Source: Fibrobacteria bacterium GUT77
Lineage (GTDB): Bacteria; Fibrobacterota; Chitinivibrionia; Chitinivibrionales; Chitinispirillaceae
DNA: 40,420 bases
Direction of reading: 5' to 3'
Assembly (NCBI GenBank): GCA_001462255.1
Contig: LIUJ01000101.1
Coordinates: 12,452-52,871 of the forward strand
Of this stretch, positions 20,491 through 32,088 are shown piece after piece. Position 1 is the first letter of the stretch. Every line of letters begins with the position of its first letter. The notes beneath the pieces are model-generated. The model was given only the letters and a program-made list of their open reading frames with translations. It ran no database searches and was not told the DNA's origin. A program made the position numbers and the translations under genes.

Positions 20491-23400
20491 TCACCCCAAC
20501 TCAATAAAATCGTCGTTTTCAGCGTGTTCTTGTATCTCCACCATATCCGTCTCCAAGTCCTTGACCTTAAACTTTCTGTACATCCTCGACCCGGTACCCG
20601 CCGGAATCAGGTTACCCATTATCAGGTTTTCCTTCAACCCGCTCAACATATCCGTCTTACCCTCCACCGCCGCCTTGGACAACACCTTCGTCGTCTCTTG
20701 GAAAGAAGCTGCGCTAAGGAACGACTCCGTTGTGAGCGACGCTTTAGTTATACCCAAGAGCAACGGCGTAAAGGTCGCCGGCTCGCCGCCCTCGGCCAAT
20801 ACCTTCTCGTTGGCCTTACGCAACTCCTTACGATCAACCTCGTCGCCCTCCAAAAAGTCGGTATTGCCGAGACGCTCAATCCTAACCTTACGCAACATTT
20901 GCGATACTATAACCTCAACGTGTTTGTCATTGATCGTAACGCCCTGCAAACGATAAACCGCCTGAATCTCGTTCAACATATACTCCTGAACGGCGTTTTC
21001 ACCCATAATCCTCAAAATATCGTGCGGATCGATAGCCCCCTCGCACAAACGATCGCCGGCCTTAACCCTATCGCCCTCGTGAACACGCAAGTGTTTACCG
21101 AGCGGTATCGGGTACTCCTTAACATCGCCGTGCTCGTTGCTAATCTTAACCTTACGATTGCCGCGTTCGGTATCGCCGAAAGACACCGACCCGTCGATCT
21201 CGGAAACGACCGCAGGATCCTTGGGACGCCGCGCCTCAAACAACTCCGCAACCCTCGGCAGACCGCCGGTGATATCGCGACTCTTAGCGCTTTCCCTCGG
21301 CATTTTCGCCAATATATCACCGGTTACAACCGTGTCCCCCTCCTTGACCTGGAGGTAACAACCCGTGGGCATAGCCATATTCGCGACACGCGTCTCACCG
21401 TCGTACACCTGAATATGCGGATGCAACTTTCTGTCGCGACGATGCTCCGTCACCACGAAATTGGTAACGCCTGAACGCTCGTCATAAAGCTCCTCAATGG
21501 TCTCGCCCTCTATAAGATCGGCGTACTTGACAACGCCGCTTGACGGTGTAAGAATGACATTGTTGTAAGGATCCCACGTAAAAAGATCTTGCCCCTTTAC
21601 CACCTTTTCCCCGTCGGTTACCTTTACAAAAGAACCGTACGGAATATTGTATCTGTAACGTTCCCGCTCCGCGTCGTCCAAAACCATCACTTCGCCTATG
21701 CGGTTCATCACCACGTTACCGGTACTATGCTCGACCGTCTCCACATCCTTAAGCTTAACGACGCCGGCGATCTTCGCGACCTCCTTGGACTGCGCTATAA
21801 GCCGCGACGCCGTACCGCCGATGTGGAACGTACGTAACGTAAGCTGCGTACCCGGCTCACCGATACTCTGCGCGGCCATAATGCCGACCGCCTCACCTAT
21901 ATCAACAAGCTTGCCCGTGGCCAAATTCCTTCCGTAACAACATTGACATACGCCAAAATCGGCATCGCAAGTAAACACCGACCTGATGAAAACCGACTCT
22001 ATTCCGGCACTCTCAATCTTCTCGGCAAGCTCGCCGTCTATAAGTGTGTTGACCGGACAAATGAGCTCCTCCGTTACCGGATGATAAACGTCTTCCTGCG
22101 TTACACGGCCCAAAAGCCGCGCTGAAAGGGTCTCCATGACCTCATCACCCTCTTTAAGCGCCTCAATGTATATCCCTTTGGGTGTTCCGCAATCCTCCTC
22201 GTAAACCACAACATCCTGCACAACGTCAACCAAACGCCGCGTAAGATATCCCGCGTCGGCGGTTTTCAGCGCCGTATCCGCCAAACCCTTACGTGCGCCG
22301 TGCGTCGATATGAAATACTCCAAAACGGTCAATCCGTCCTTGAAGTTGGAAATAATCGGATTTTCGATAATCTCACCGACCGCGCCGGTAATCTTCTTCT
22401 GCGGTTTCTGCATAAGTCCGCGCATACCGGCAAGTTGCTTAATCTGATCTTTACTGCCGCGAGCCTGTGAGTCCATCATAATGTACACCGGATTAAATCC
22501 GTTCTTATCCCCCGCGAGCCTCTCGTGCATTTTGTCGGCGATCTGACTTGTGGTATGCGTCCATAAGTCGATCAGCTTATTGTAACGCTCGCCTTCCGTG
22601 ATAATACCGCGATCATACTGCTTCCTTATGCGCGTTACCTCTTCCTGCGACTTATCTATAATATCCTTCTTCTCGTCGGGAATAACAAGATCTTCGGCCC
22701 CGAAGGTGATTCCGGCCCTTGTTGCGTACTCGTAACCCAACGCCTTTATCTCATCCAAAAATTTGCACGCCGTCTTGGTACCGGCGGCGTTGTAGACCCG
22801 TTCGACAAGCTGTTGCACACGCTTCTTATTCAGCAATTCGTTTACAAACTCTATCTCTTGGGGAACAACGGTATTGAATACCACACGCCCCGGCGTCGTC
22901 TCGATCAACTTTCCTTTGTAACGCACTTTTATCTTAGCGTGAATGTCCACCTGCTTGTCGGCCATGGCGAGCATAACTTCATCCGTATCACTAAACACAC
23001 GCCCCTGCCCCATACGATCGGGCGACATCTTCGTTAAGTAATATATTCCAAGAACAATGTCTTGCGTAGGCGTCATAACCGGATGCCCGGACGCGGGGCT
23101 CAAAAGGTTGTTCGCCGAAAGCATTAGGAAGCGACACTCCAACTGCGACTCCACGGAAAGCGGTACGTGGACGGCCATTTGGTCGCCGTCAAAGTCGGCG
23201 TTGAACGCGGAACAAACAAGCGGGTGAAGACGTATCGCCTTACCCTCCACAAGCACCGGAAAAAACGCCTGTATACCCAACCTATGCAACGTAGGTGCGC
23301 GGTTCAATAGTACGGGATGATCCTTTATTACCTCCTCAAGTATATCCCAAACCTCCGGACGCTCCTTTTCCACAAACTTTTTAGCGCTCTTTACGGTCTG

Positions 23401-24564
23401 CACCAACCCCTTTTCTTCCAGCTTTTGTATGACAAACGGCTTGAACAACTCAAGCGCCATAAGCTTAGGTAACCCGCATTGATGTATCTTGAGTTCGGGC
23501 CCCACGACAATAACGCTGCGACCGGAATAGTCGACGCGCTTGCCCAACAAGTTTTGACGAAACCGCCCCTGCTTACCCTTCAACAAATCGCTTAACGACT
23601 TAAGCGGACGCTTACCCTCGCCCTTAACGGAGAAAGTGCGACGCCCGTTGTCGAACAATGTGTCCACCGCCTCCTGAAGCATTCGTTTCTCGTTGCGTAA
23701 AATGACCTCCGGCGCCTTGATCTCAAGAAGTTTTTTCAACCGATTATTTCTGTTGATCACGCGGCGGTAAAGATCGTTCAAGTCCGAGGTCGCAAAACGA
23801 CCGCCCTCAAGCGGCACAAGCGGACGCAAATCCGGCGGTAACACCGGCAAAACCTTCAACACCATGTTTTGCGGATCGTTTTTAGACCTATTGAACGCCT
23901 CGGCGACACGCAAACGCTTCAAATGTTCCAAACGACGCTGCTCCGACGTTTCGCGCTTTACCAAGTGACGCAACTCTATCACCAACTTCTCCACCTCAAC
24001 CTTGGCCAAAAGCTCCAAAACCGCCTGACCGCCCATCTTAGCGTCAAATTTCTTACCCTGCTCCATTAGCTCGGAATACTGTTCCTCGGTAAGAAGCTGG
24101 TCCTTGCGCAAATTCGTGTCGCCCGGATCAATTACCACGTAAGACTCGTAGTAGATGATCCTCTCAAGATTGCTGTTTGTGATACCGAGAAGATAACTGA
24201 TGTGTGACGGCATGCTCTTCAAAAACCATATATGGACGACCGGCTCGGCAAGCTCTATGTGTCCCATACGCTCCCTACGCACCTTGGAGTGCATAACCTC
24301 CACGCCGCAACGGTCGCAAACGACTCCGCGATAGCGTATACGCTTATACTTGCCGCAGTTACACTCCCAATTGCGGACAGGACCGAATATCTTCTCGCAG
24401 AAAAGACCGTCCTTCTCAGGCTTGAACGAGCGGTAATTTATGGTCTCCGGCTTTGTAACCTCACCGAAAGACCAACTCCTAATGGTCTCCGGAGAAGCCA
24501 AACGGATTGACACTCCCGCAATCTCCTGCGCCTTCTTATCCAACTGGCTAAGCATATCTGCCAC
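20491..24564 (-). CDS. rpoC: DNA-directed RNA polymerase subunit beta-prime
   Basis: About 1357 aa; ..[43 protein letters not shown].. and NADFDGDQM catalytic motif. The ORF-track TTG (24585) was trimmed to the GTG at 24564, which follows a GGAG SD. The ATG at 24555 is also possible. Confidence 0.96.
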   Translation of the reverse strand: MADMLSQLDKKAQEIAGVSIRLASPETIRSWSFGEVTKPETINYRSFKPEKDGLFCEKIFGPVRNWECNCGKYKRIRYRGVVCDRCGVEVMHSKVRRERMGHIELAEPVVHIWFLKSMPSHISYLLGITNSNLERIIYYESYVVIDPGDTNLRKDQLLTEEQYSELMEQGKKFDAKMGGQAVLELLAKVEVEKLVIELRHLVKRETSEQRRLEHLKRLRVAEAFNRSKNDPQNMVLKVLPVLPPDLRPLVPLEGGRFATSDLNDLYRRVINRNNRLKKLLEIKAPEVILRNEKRMLQEAVDTLFDNGRRTFSVKGEGKRPLKSLSDLLKGKQGRFRQNLLGKRVDYSGRSVIVVGPELKIHQCGLPKLMALELFKPFVIQKLEEKGLVQTVKSAKKFVEKERPEVWDILEEVIKDHPVLLNRAPTLHRLGIQAFFPVLVEGKAIRLHPLVCSAFNADFDGDQMAVHVPLSVESQLECRFLMLSANNLLSPASGHPVMTPTQDIVLGIYYLTKMSPDRMGQGRVFSDTDEVMLAMADKQVDIHAKIKVRYKGKLIETTPGRVVFNTVVPQEIEFVNELLNKKRVQQLVERVYNAAGTKTACKFLDEIKALGYEYATRAGITFGAEDLVIPDEKKDIIDKSQEEVTRIRKQYDRGIITEGERYNKLIDLWTHTTSQIADKMHERLAGDKNGFNPVYIMMDSQARGSKDQIKQLAGMRGLMQKPQKKITGAVGEIIENPIISNFKDGLTVLEYFISTHGARKGLADTALKTADAGYLTRRLVDVVQDVVVYEEDCGTPKGIYIEALKEGDEVMETLSARLLGRVTQEDVYHPVTEELICPVNTLIDGELAEKIESAGIESVFIRSVFTCDADFGVCQCCYGRNLATGKLVDIGEAVGIMAAQSIGEPGTQLTLRTFHIGGTASRLIAQSKEVAKIAGVVKLKDVETVEHSTGNVVMNRIGEVMVLDDAERERYRYNIPYGSFVKVTDGEKVVKGQDLFTWDPYNNVILTPSSGVVKYADLIEGETIEELYDERSGVTNFVVTEHRRDRKLHPHIQVYDGETRVANMAMPTGCYLQVKEGDTVVTGDILAKMPRESAKSRDITGGLPRVAELFEARRPKDPAVVSEIDGSVSFGDTERGNRKVKISNEHGDVKEYPIPLGKHLRVHEGDRVKAGDRLCEGAIDPHDILRIMGENAVQEYMLNEIQAVYRLQGVTINDKHVEVIVSQMLRKVRIERLGNTDFLEGDEVDRKELRKANEKVLAEGGEPATFTPLLLGITKASLTTESFLSAASFQETTKVLSKAAVEGKTDMLSGLKENLIMGNLIPAGTGSRMYRKFKVKDLETDMVEIQEHAENDDFIELG

Positions 24565-24622
24565 TTTTGGCTCCTGTATCGTCAAAATTATTTAACCCCA
24601 GTTACAATCCTACAAACCCCAA

Positions 24623-27600
24623 TCACATCTTTATCTCGTTACCCTCGTCATCAATAGTATGAAAATCAAACGCCAACGCCTTTACCTCCCTTACCAACAC
24701 CTTAAACGACTCCGGCACACCGGCCGGCGGAGCGTTTTCTCCTTTTACTATCGACTCGTAAATCTTAGAGCGGCCCGACAAATCGTCGCTCTTTACCGTG
24801 AGTATTTGTTGCAACGTATAGGCCGCGCCGTAAGCCTCCAACGCCCAAACCTCCATTTCACCGAAACGCTGACCGCCGAATTGGGACTTACCGCCCAACG
24901 GTTGTTGCGTCACAAGCGAATACGGACCTATAGAACGGGCGTGTATCTTATCGTCAACCAAATGGCACAACTTCATCATGTATATGGGCCCTACCGTTAC
25001 CTCATGGTCAAAAGGCGCACCCGTCCTGCCGTCGCGAAGTCGTATCTTTCCGCTTTGCGGCAATTCGGCCTCCCTCAACAACGCGAGCACATCCTCGTAA
25101 CTTGCGCCGTCAAATACCGGTGTGGCCACGTTGAAACCGAGCTTCGCCGCCGCCCACCCCATGTGAGTCTCCAATATTTGACCCACATTCATACGCGACG
25201 GAACACCGAGCGGATTCAAAATAATGTCAACCGGCGTACCGTCGGGCAAAAAGGGCAATTCCTCCACGGGCAATATCTTGGATATGACACCCTTATTCCC
25301 GTGACGCCCCGCCATCTTATCTCCAACGGACAATTTACGCTTTTTGGCCACATAAACCTTAACAAGTTGCAACACGCCGGGCTTAAGCTCGTCTCCGCGC
25401 AATACCTTGTCAATCTCCTTTTCCAATTTGTCCTCATTCTTGGCTATGAGGTCGCTCGCCTTGTAATGCACCTCCTCGGCCTTTGCCGACTTTTCCGGAT
25501 CTTGACACAAGCCGTTTTTAAACGTTACGGTCGAAAAATCAATCTTGCTTAAAAGCTGTTTGGTCCACTTCTTACCCGCCCCGATTATAATCTCACCGGT
25601 ATCGGAATTTACTATTTCACTCGTAAGCGTATCAACCAAAATCTCGGCAAGACGCTCCACCCGCACCTTTTTAATCTCGATTATGTCCCTCTCCGACTCC
25701 TTCTTAAGCTCCTCAATACGCTTCGTGTCCTTCTTCTTCGACCGCTTGTCTCGCTCTTTGCGAAAATAAACGCGCGTATTAATGACCACACCCTTGAGCC
25801 CCGGCGGCGCTTTGAGCGACGAGTCGCGTACGTCACCGGCCTTTTCCCCGAATATCGCCCGCAAAAGCCTCTCTTCCGGAGACAATTCCGTTTCGCCCTT
25901 GGGCGTCACCTTACCCACAAGAATATCACCCGGTTCCACCTCCGTACCAACCCTTATAACGCCGCTTTCATCCAAATTTCTCACCGCTTCGTCGCTAACG
26001 TTCGGAATTTCCCTCGTGAGTTCCTCCGGCCCGCGCTTGGTATCACGCACCTCCGTCTCAAAAACCTCTATGTGCACCGACGTAAAAACGTCCTCGGCCA
26101 CAAGTTTTTCGGAAATGATAATGGCGTCCTCAAAGTTGTAACCGCGCCACGGCATAAACGCCACCATCACGTTACGACCCAACGCGAGCTCGCCCAAACT
26201 CGTGGCGTGACCGTCGGCCAATACCGTTCCGGCCACAACTTTTTGCCCCTCTTTAACACAAACCTTTTGATTTATCGCGGTATCCTGATTTGAACGCTCA
26301 AACTTAGTTAATTCATAGGTATCGAACTCCGTTAACCCGAGTATGTCGCCGGCATCCCGACCGGTTTTTCGGACAACAACCTTGACTGCATCGACCTTTT
26401 CCACAACGCCGGCGTTTTTCGCTATAACCATACAACCCGAGTCAACGGCGGCGCGCCCCTCAAGCCCGGTCCCGACAAACGGCGCCTGCGTCCTTAAGAG
26501 CGGTACGGCCTGGCGTTGCATATTGGAACCCATGAGCGCACGGTTGGCGTCGTCATGCTCCAAGAACGGAATAAGTCCGGCCGCAATGCTCACGAGTTGC
26601 ATGGGCGATACGTCCATATACGTAACTTCCTGCGGAGACACCACGGGAAAATCACCGCGATAACGAGCGAACAACATTTTTTCCGTAATTTTACCGCTAC
26701 CGTCCGTGGGCGTGTTTGCCTGCGCTATGATATAATTGTCCTCTTGGTCAGCCGTCAAATACTCGATTTTGCCCGTAGCCACGCCGTTCTCAATCTTTTG
26801 ATACGGCGTCTCGATGAACCCGAACTCGTTGACGCGCGCGAAAGTACTCAACGACGCGATAAGACCTATGTTCGGACCTTCCGGCGTTTCAATCGGACAC
26901 AAACGCCCGTAGTGGGTATGGTGCACGTCGCGCACCTCAAAACCGGCGCGCTCACGCGTGAGTCCGCCGGGCCCAAGTGCGCTGACACGACGCTTGTGCG
27001 TAAGTTCCGAGAGCGGGTTTGTTTGATCTAAAAACTGCGACAACTGACTCGAGCCAAAAAACGCCTGCACGACGGTGGATACCGTTCGCGCGTTTATCAC
27101 GTCCTGCGGGGTGACCGTTTCCGTGCCGCCCAAACTCAAACGCTCCTTAGCCGTCCGCACCATTCTCGTCAAACCTACGGCAAACTGCGCGGCCAAAAGC
27201 TCGCCCACGGAACGGACGCGACGATTGCCCAAATGATCGATATCGTCAATAAACCCGACGCCGGCGTTGAGCCCGATCATATATTTTAACGACGCGACTA
27301 TGTCCTCCTTGGTGAGCGTGGTAACCCCCTCCATAGGGGTAACGCCCAATCGCGTATTGATACGGTAACGCCCCACGCTACCGAGATCATACCGTTTATC
27401 GTCAAAAAACGCGCGTTGCACAAGATTGCGAGCGGTTTCCACATTCGGGGGATCGCCCAAACGCATGGTCGCGTAAATGAGAAAAAGAGCGTCGTCCTCA
27501 CACTTCGTCTCATCCTTCTTTAAGGTCTCCATGATGATTCTGTTTTCGTCGCTCGTCAAATCACCCTTGAGTACCTCAATATTTTGAACGCCGTTTTCCA

Positions 27601-28399
27601 ACAACTTCTTTATTTTTTCGGCGGTGAGCACCTCGGCGGCGTCAACCGCAATTTCTCCCGTTTCCTCATTAAAAACCGTTTTGGCGCAAACGGCGCCCAA
27701 CAACCGCTCGTTCCCCTCCTCCACCTTAACACGCATAGTATCGTAGAAAAGCGCCAAAATCTCCTCGTTGGACGAATAACCGAAAGCGCGAAGAAGCACC
27801 GTCGCCGGCATCTTTTTACGCCTATCAATATTAATGGTAAGCACGTCGTCTACGTCGAGCAATATCTCAATCCACGAACCGCGTTGCGGAATAATCCTCG
27901 CGGTTAACAACTTTTTCCCGTTCGGATGCACAACCTCGTCAAAAGTAATGCCCGGTGATCTGTGCAATTGACTCACAATCACGCGCTCAGCGCCGTTTAT
28001 GACGAAAGTGCCGCGTTCCGTCATAAGCGGAATCTCGCCTATATACACCTCGTTTGAGAATTTTTCCTTAAATTTTCTGTTCTCGCCGTCCACTTCGTGC
28101 ACGAGAAGCGACATATCAACCTTGAGGGGCGCCGCGTATGTCATACCGCGCTCTTTACACTCCCTAAGGCTGTATTTGGGTATCCCCAATTTGTACCCGT
28201 CGTATTCGAGCTTGAAGTAACCCTTAACGTCGTCTACCGGAAAGAGGCTTTGAAACGCTCCGTGTAGCCCCTCCTTTTTTCGCAGACGCGGCGGCGTGTC
28301 CGGCTGTAGGAATGCCTCGTATGACCTAGTCTGAATCTCCAAAAGATTCGGAAGATCTATACCGCGTTTTATACGAGAGTAACTTTTTCTTTCTGTCAT
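24623..28399 (-). CDS. rpoB: DNA-directed RNA polymerase subunit beta
   Basis: About 1258 aa; ..[17 protein letters not shown].. at the N-terminus and ..[17 protein letters not shown].. near the C-terminus. ATG at 28399, one codon inside the ORF-track TTG. Confidence 0.97.
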   Translation of the reverse strand: MTERKSYSRIKRGIDLPNLLEIQTRSYEAFLQPDTPPRLRKKEGLHGAFQSLFPVDDVKGYFKLEYDGYKLGIPKYSLRECKERGMTYAAPLKVDMSLLVHEVDGENRKFKEKFSNEVYIGEIPLMTERGTFVINGAERVIVSQLHRSPGITFDEVVHPNGKKLLTARIIPQRGSWIEILLDVDDVLTINIDRRKKMPATVLLRAFGYSSNEEILALFYDTMRVKVEEGNERLLGAVCAKTVFNEETGEIAVDAAEVLTAEKIKKLLENGVQNIEVLKGDLTSDENRIIMETLKKDETKCEDDALFLIYATMRLGDPPNVETARNLVQRAFFDDKRYDLGSVGRYRINTRLGVTPMEGVTTLTKEDIVASLKYMIGLNAGVGFIDDIDHLGNRRVRSVGELLAAQFAVGLTRMVRTAKERLSLGGTETVTPQDVINARTVSTVVQAFFGSSQLSQFLDQTNPLSELTHKRRVSALGPGGLTRERAGFEVRDVHHTHYGRLCPIETPEGPNIGLIASLSTFARVNEFGFIETPYQKIENGVATGKIEYLTADQEDNYIIAQANTPTDGSGKITEKMLFARYRGDFPVVSPQEVTYMDVSPMQLVSIAAGLIPFLEHDDANRALMGSNMQRQAVPLLRTQAPFVGTGLEGRAAVDSGCMVIAKNAGVVEKVDAVKVVVRKTGRDAGDILGLTEFDTYELTKFERSNQDTAINQKVCVKEGQKVVAGTVLADGHATSLGELALGRNVMVAFMPWRGYNFEDAIIISEKLVAEDVFTSVHIEVFETEVRDTKRGPEELTREIPNVSDEAVRNLDESGVIRVGTEVEPGDILVGKVTPKGETELSPEERLLRAIFGEKAGDVRDSSLKAPPGLKGVVINTRVYFRKERDKRSKKKDTKRIEELKKESERDIIEIKKVRVERLAEILVDTLTSEIVNSDTGEIIIGAGKKWTKQLLSKIDFSTVTFKNGLCQDPEKSAKAEEVHYKASDLIAKNEDKLEKEIDKVLRGDELKPGVLQLVKVYVAKKRKLSVGDKMAGRHGNKGVISKILPVEELPFLPDGTPVDIILNPLGVPSRMNVGQILETHMGWAAAKLGFNVATPVFDGASYEDVLALLREAELPQSGKIRLRDGRTGAPFDHEVTVGPIYMMKLCHLVDDKIHARSIGPYSLVTQQPLGGKSQFGGQRFGEMEVWALEAYGAAYTLQQILTVKSDDLSGRSKIYESIVKGENAPPAGVPESFKVLVREVKALAFDFHTIDDEGNEIKM

Positions 28400-28571
28400 C
28401 AAAATACATCCTTTTTTTCTGAAGTCGTGAACACCGCCCGCCCCCTTTAAGTACCGACGGACGATATGCCCTTAGCAACACGAGGACATGTATAAGACAC
28501 GCAAAGACACAGAGCCTCCCCGATATCGAAGCGCCCTGTGCCGTTCTTCAAATTCCCAAAAACGCGATGTT

Positions 28572-28955
28572 TTACTTGATGACAACCTTTCCGCCAACCT
28601 CCTCGATCTTCTTCTTGATCGACTCGGCCTCATCCTTCTGACACCCTTCTTTAATAGGCTTCGGAGCGCCCTCAACCAAGTCTTTAGCCTCTTTCAGACC
28701 CAAACCGGTGATTTCACGCACGACCTTGATGACCTTGATCTTCTCCGCGCCGGCCGCTTCGAGAATCGCGTCGAACTCAGTCTTTTCCTCGGTAGGAGCC
28801 GCCGCAACCCCCGCCGCCGGAGCGGCAGCCACAGCCACCGGAGCCGCCGCCTTAACGTCAAACTTCACCTCAATGGCCTTGATGAGATCGGAAAGCTCAA
28901 GTACCGTCATGCCCCCGATAGCATCTACAAATTCGTCCTTCGTAAGAGTAGCCAC
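28572..28955 (-). CDS. rplL: 50S ribosomal protein L7/L12
   Basis: 127 aa with an Ala/Pro hinge and ..[28 protein letters not shown].. . GTG start after a GGAGG SD. Confidence 0.96.
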   Translation of the reverse strand: MATLTKDEFVDAIGGMTVLELSDLIKAIEVKFDVKAAAPVAVAAAPAAGVAAAPTEEKTEFDAILEAAGAEKIKVIKVVREITGLGLKEAKDLVEGAPKPIKEGCQKDEAESIKKKIEEVGGKVVIK

Positions 28956-29121
28956 AATAAACCTCCGTTATGTTTTGTATGTTGATTGTTATTTACACAA
29001 TTATTTTACCGCTTAAACCAAACACTCCAAAATTACCCGCATCTCTCCGTCAACATCAACGTTGATTCCTATTTAATAAACAACCCGACTTTGTTTTGAT
29101 AAACGCGGTTTTTATCACACC

Positions 29122-29643
29122 CTATGCCTTTTTCTCACGTACCGCGTCCAATGTTCTAACAAATTTCGTCAATATGCCGTTCAACACGCCGGCCATATTG
29201 CCCACCGGCGCCTTTAAGACGCCGAGCAACTGCGCCAACAACGCCTCGCGGCTCGGTAGATCTGCCAACTGCTCCGTTTGAGCGCCGGAGAAAAGAGTTC
29301 CGTCTACGTAAGCGGCCCTAACCTCCAACAAATCCTTAAGATCCTTATGAAAATCACGCAAAACCTTGGCAGGCGCCGCCCCATCCTTAGGAGCCACGGC
29401 CACCGCCGTAGGCCCCTTAAAAAACGGATTCAAAGCGGTGATCCCCACACGCTTACAAGCCTCTTTCGCCAACGTATTCTTCACGACGTAGTAACGGATA
29501 CCGCCCTTACGCAACGCGGTGCGCAAACGCGTTACCACCTCTACGGTAATCTTGTTGTTGTCGGTAACGTATATGCCCTTGGCACTACGAAACGCCTGCT
29601 CCAACTCCTCAATAACCGCCGTTCTTTCTGCTCTTGTCGACAT
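29122..29643 (-). CDS. rplJ: 50S ribosomal protein L10
   Basis: 173 aa; ..VVKNTLAKEA.. and its position between rplA and rplL. Confidence 0.93.
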   Translation of the reverse strand: MSTRAERTAVIEELEQAFRSAKGIYVTDNNKITVEVVTRLRTALRKGGIRYYVVKNTLAKEACKRVGITALNPFFKGPTAVAVAPKDGAAPAKVLRDFHKDLKDLLEVRAAYVDGTLFSGAQTEQLADLPSREALLAQLLGVLKAPVGNMAGVLNGILTKFVRTLDAVREKKA

Positions 29644-29703
29644 TGTTTTTACCTTTTATGTAATTAAAGTCAAATTATTAAAATCAGATCCCCAAAAAAA
29701 GCT

Positions 29704-30393
29704 CTACTTCAAATCGTTCATATTGATCTTTAAACCCTGGCCCATCGTACTGGAAAGCGAAATCTTCTTCAGGTACTGCCCCTTCGCCGTAGTGGGCTTA
29801 GCCTTGACTACGGCGTCCATTAAGGCATGGGCGTTTTCAAAAAGTTTTTGGCTATCGAAAGAAAGCTTGCCTAACGGAGCGTGGATTATCGCCCCCTTCT
29901 CCACACGAAACTCCACCTTTCCCTTTTTTAGCTCACGAACGGCCTTTCCGATATCCATAGTCACCGTGCCTACTTTAGGATTCGGCATCAAACCTCTCGT
30001 ACCGAGAATCTTACCCAACTTTCCGACCACTTTCATCATATCCGGCGTGGCGACAACGGCGTCAAACTCCAACCAACCGTCTTTTATCTTGTCGGCCAAA
30101 TCTTCCCCGCCCACATAGTCGGCGCCGGACTCCTTGGCCTCGGCCTCCTTATCGCCCTGCGCGAAGACAAGAACACGCACGCTCTTACCCAACCCGTGCG
30201 GCAAAACAGCGGCGCCGCGGACGGCTTGGTCGCTCTTACGCGGGTCGACACCCAAACGGATGGCGATTTCCACCGTTTCATCAAACTTTACCGTCGAATT
30301 GGCTTTTAAGAAATCAAGCGCTTCTATTGCGCCGTATTCCTTCAGTTTGTCAACCTTTTCGTAAACGGCATTGTACTTTTTACCGTGTTTCAT
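29704..30393 (-). CDS. rplA: 50S ribosomal protein L1
   Basis: [16 protein letters not shown].. is L1. The ATG at 30393 follows a GAGGTG SD; the ORF-track GTG at 30402 is 3 codons upstream. Confidence 0.95.
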   Translation of the reverse strand: MKHGKKYNAVYEKVDKLKEYGAIEALDFLKANSTVKFDETVEIAIRLGVDPRKSDQAVRGAAVLPHGLGKSVRVLVFAQGDKEAEAKESGADYVGGEDLADKIKDGWLEFDAVVATPDMMKVVGKLGKILGTRGLMPNPKVGTVTMDIGKAVRELKKGKVEFRVEKGAIIHAPLGKLSFDSQKLFENAHALMDAVVKAKPTTAKGQYLKKISLSSTMGQGLKINMNDLK

Positions 30394-30472
30394 TGGTACC
30401 ACCTCATCCTATTCTCTATTTATGGACCGATAATCCGTAATGTACGATTGCGGGACGACTGCCACCGCCCCC

Positions 30473-30895
30473 CTACTCCACATTCACACCCATACTGCGA
30501 GCGGTGCCGGCTATTATGTTCATGGCGGCCTCAACGCTGGCGGCGTTCAGATCGGCCAGTTTCATCTCGGCTATCTTTTTCAACTGCGCCTTAGTCAACG
30601 TACCGATCTTTTCTTTATTCGGAACGCCGCTACCTTTATCCTTTCCCAACTCCTTCATTATCAACACGGCCGCCGGAGGCGTTTTGGTAATGAAAGTGAA
30701 CGATTTATCGGAGTAGACCGTAATGACCACGGGAATGGTCATACCCGCCGACTCCTTGGTTTTGGCGTTGAACGCCTTGCAGAACTCCATTATATTCACG
30801 CCCTGCTGACCCAACGCGGGGCCTACGGGAGGGGCCGGCGTCGCCGCGCCGCCCGTGATCTGCAACTTTACCTGACCTACAACTTTCTTAGCCAC
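30473..30895 (-). CDS. rplK: 50S ribosomal protein L11
   Basis: [43 protein letters not shown].. is L11. GTG start after an AAGGAG SD. Confidence 0.96.
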   Translation of the reverse strand: MAKKVVGQVKLQITGGAATPAPPVGPALGQQGVNIMEFCKAFNAKTKESAGMTIPVVITVYSDKSFTFITKTPPAAVLIMKELGKDKGSGVPNKEKIGTLTKAQLKKIAEMKLADLNAASVEAAMNIIAGTARSMGVNVE

Positions 30896-30920
30896 TTTTC
30901 AACCACTCCTTAATAGGTTA

Positions 30921-31454
30921 TCAACTGATTGGAGCAACATGTATAAAATCAACCTCGACCGGCGTAGAACGCCCGAAGACGCTAACCATAACCATTACCT
31001 TACCCTTTTCGGGTGATACCTTGTCTACCACGCCGTCAAAATCCTTAAACGGACCTTCTTTGATTTTTACCGCATCGCCGATCTCAAAAGGTACCTCAGA
31101 AACCTGCTGACGCGGCCCTTTGTCCGCCGCCTGTCCCAATATACGCCTCGCCTCATCGTCGCGTATAGCCTGCGGCTTCTCACCGCCCACAAAACCCGTA
31201 ACACCGGCTATCTCTCGCACTACGTGCATCGTCTCTCTCGTCATCTCCATCTCAACAAGCACGTAAGACGGAAAAAACTTCCGCGTAGTCTTTATCTTCT
31301 TTCCTTCCTTCACCTGCACCACATCCTGAGTGGGCATGAGAACAGCCTTTATCTGATCACCGTAGTCGCCGGACGCGATTATCCCGTTTAGATAATCGAA
31401 TACCTTGGTCTCTTGACCGGAATACGTGTGCACCACATACCATTTAGCCGCCAT
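30921..31454 (-). CDS. nusG: Transcription termination/antitermination factor NusG
   Basis: 177 aa; MAAKWYVVHTYSGQE.. (NGN domain) and a C-terminal KOW ..GDAVKIKEGPFKDFDGVV.. . Confidence 0.95.
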   Translation of the reverse strand: MAAKWYVVHTYSGQETKVFDYLNGIIASGDYGDQIKAVLMPTQDVVQVKEGKKIKTTRKFFPSYVLVEMEMTRETMHVVREIAGVTGFVGGEKPQAIRDDEARRILGQAADKGPRQQVSEVPFEIGDAVKIKEGPFKDFDGVVDKVSPEKGKVMVMVSVFGRSTPVEVDFIHVAPIS

Positions 31455-31463
31455 CCGTTACCC

Positions 31464-31661
31464 CTACCGCACCCTCAAAAAGAGACCTATAACCGCCTGC
31501 AACCCCTGGTCACAGGCAAACACATATAGCGACACGGCCAAGCTCAACACGATAACGAGCACGGTCGCGCCGGTGACCTCGGCCTTGGTCGGCCAGTTAA
31601 CCTTGGCCACCTCCGCCTTCACATCACGAAAATATTGCATGATCTTTTCCATATTACCCAC
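31464..31661 (-). CDS. secE: Preprotein translocase subunit SecE
   Basis: About 62-65 aa; ..YFRDVKAEVAKVNWPTKAEV.. followed by a single TM helix, immediately upstream of nusG. Start ambiguous (GTG 31661 or ATG 31652). Confidence 0.9.
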   Translation of the reverse strand: MGNMEKIMQYFRDVKAEVAKVNWPTKAEVTGATVLVIVLSLAVSLYVFACDQGLQAVIGLFLRVR

Positions 31662-31680
31662 ACCACCCTCTTTATCGCTA

Positions 31681-31753
31681 CAGGCCCGGAGGGACTCGAA
31701 CCCCCAGCAGGCGGTTTTGGAGACCGCTACTCTACCAATTGAGCTACGGACCT
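31681..31753 (-). tRNA. tRNA-Trp (anticodon CCA)
   Basis: 73 nt folded by hand: acceptor AGGTCCG/CGGGCCT, anticodon arm GCGGT-CTCCAAA-ACCGC, T-loop TTCGAGT. No encoded CCA. Confidence 0.9.
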
Positions 31754-31865
31754 AATCGGTTTTCTTTTTTGTTTGATCCAAGGTAGCACCTAAACTATGA
31801 GTTAATCTGAGCCCGTGGCACAGTGGAACATAGCTAATACCTTGGACATAGCAACTTTCCTTATC

Positions 31866-32018
31866 TTACTTGCACTCCTTATGCGGGGTGCGCTTCCGCT
31901 CGAAAGGGCAGAACTTTATGAACTCGACGCGAGCGGAATGCTTACGCTTGTTCTTCGTCGTTTCGTAGTTGCGCTGTTTGCACGATGTGCACTCAAGCGT
32001 TATTCTTTCTCTTGGCAT
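31866..32018 (-). CDS. rpmG: 50S ribosomal protein L33
   Basis: Below the ORF-track size cut-off. My translation is MPRERITLECTSCKQRNYETTKNKRKHSARVEFIKFCPFERKRTPHKECK (50 aa) followed by TAA. Typical L33 sequence and position. Confidence 0.9.
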   Translation of the reverse strand: MPRERITLECTSCKQRNYETTKNKRKHSARVEFIKFCPFERKRTPHKECK

Positions 32019-32088
32019 AATAACACGTCCTATTCGTTAATAAAGAAAGGGGCAGGCCGACCCCGCCCCCACCACTCTCGACAAACCC

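Noticed and set aside
19257-21474. Plus-strand ORFs 19257-20009 (250 aa) and 20524-21474 (316 aa)
   Set aside because: Antisense to fusA/rpsG and rpoC respectively. Arg/Leu-rich shadow frames of highly conserved genes.
24659-25552. 297-aa plus-strand ORF
   Set aside because: Antisense to rpoB, so a shadow ORF.
28472-28675. 67-aa Arg/Ser-rich minus-strand ORF overlapping the 3' end of rplL
   Set aside because: Out-of-frame overlap with rplL, extreme Arg content and no SD.
29644-29703. TTGACT of the 12-mer as a conventional sigma70 -35 box for rplJ (and likewise for flhF at 39578-39589)
   Set aside because: Only 24 nt (rplJ) or 22 nt (flhF) separate TTGACT from the start codon. A -10 at 16-18-nt spacing would abut or overlap the ATG, and transcription would start inside the gene. 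The repeat is kept as an unexplained motif.
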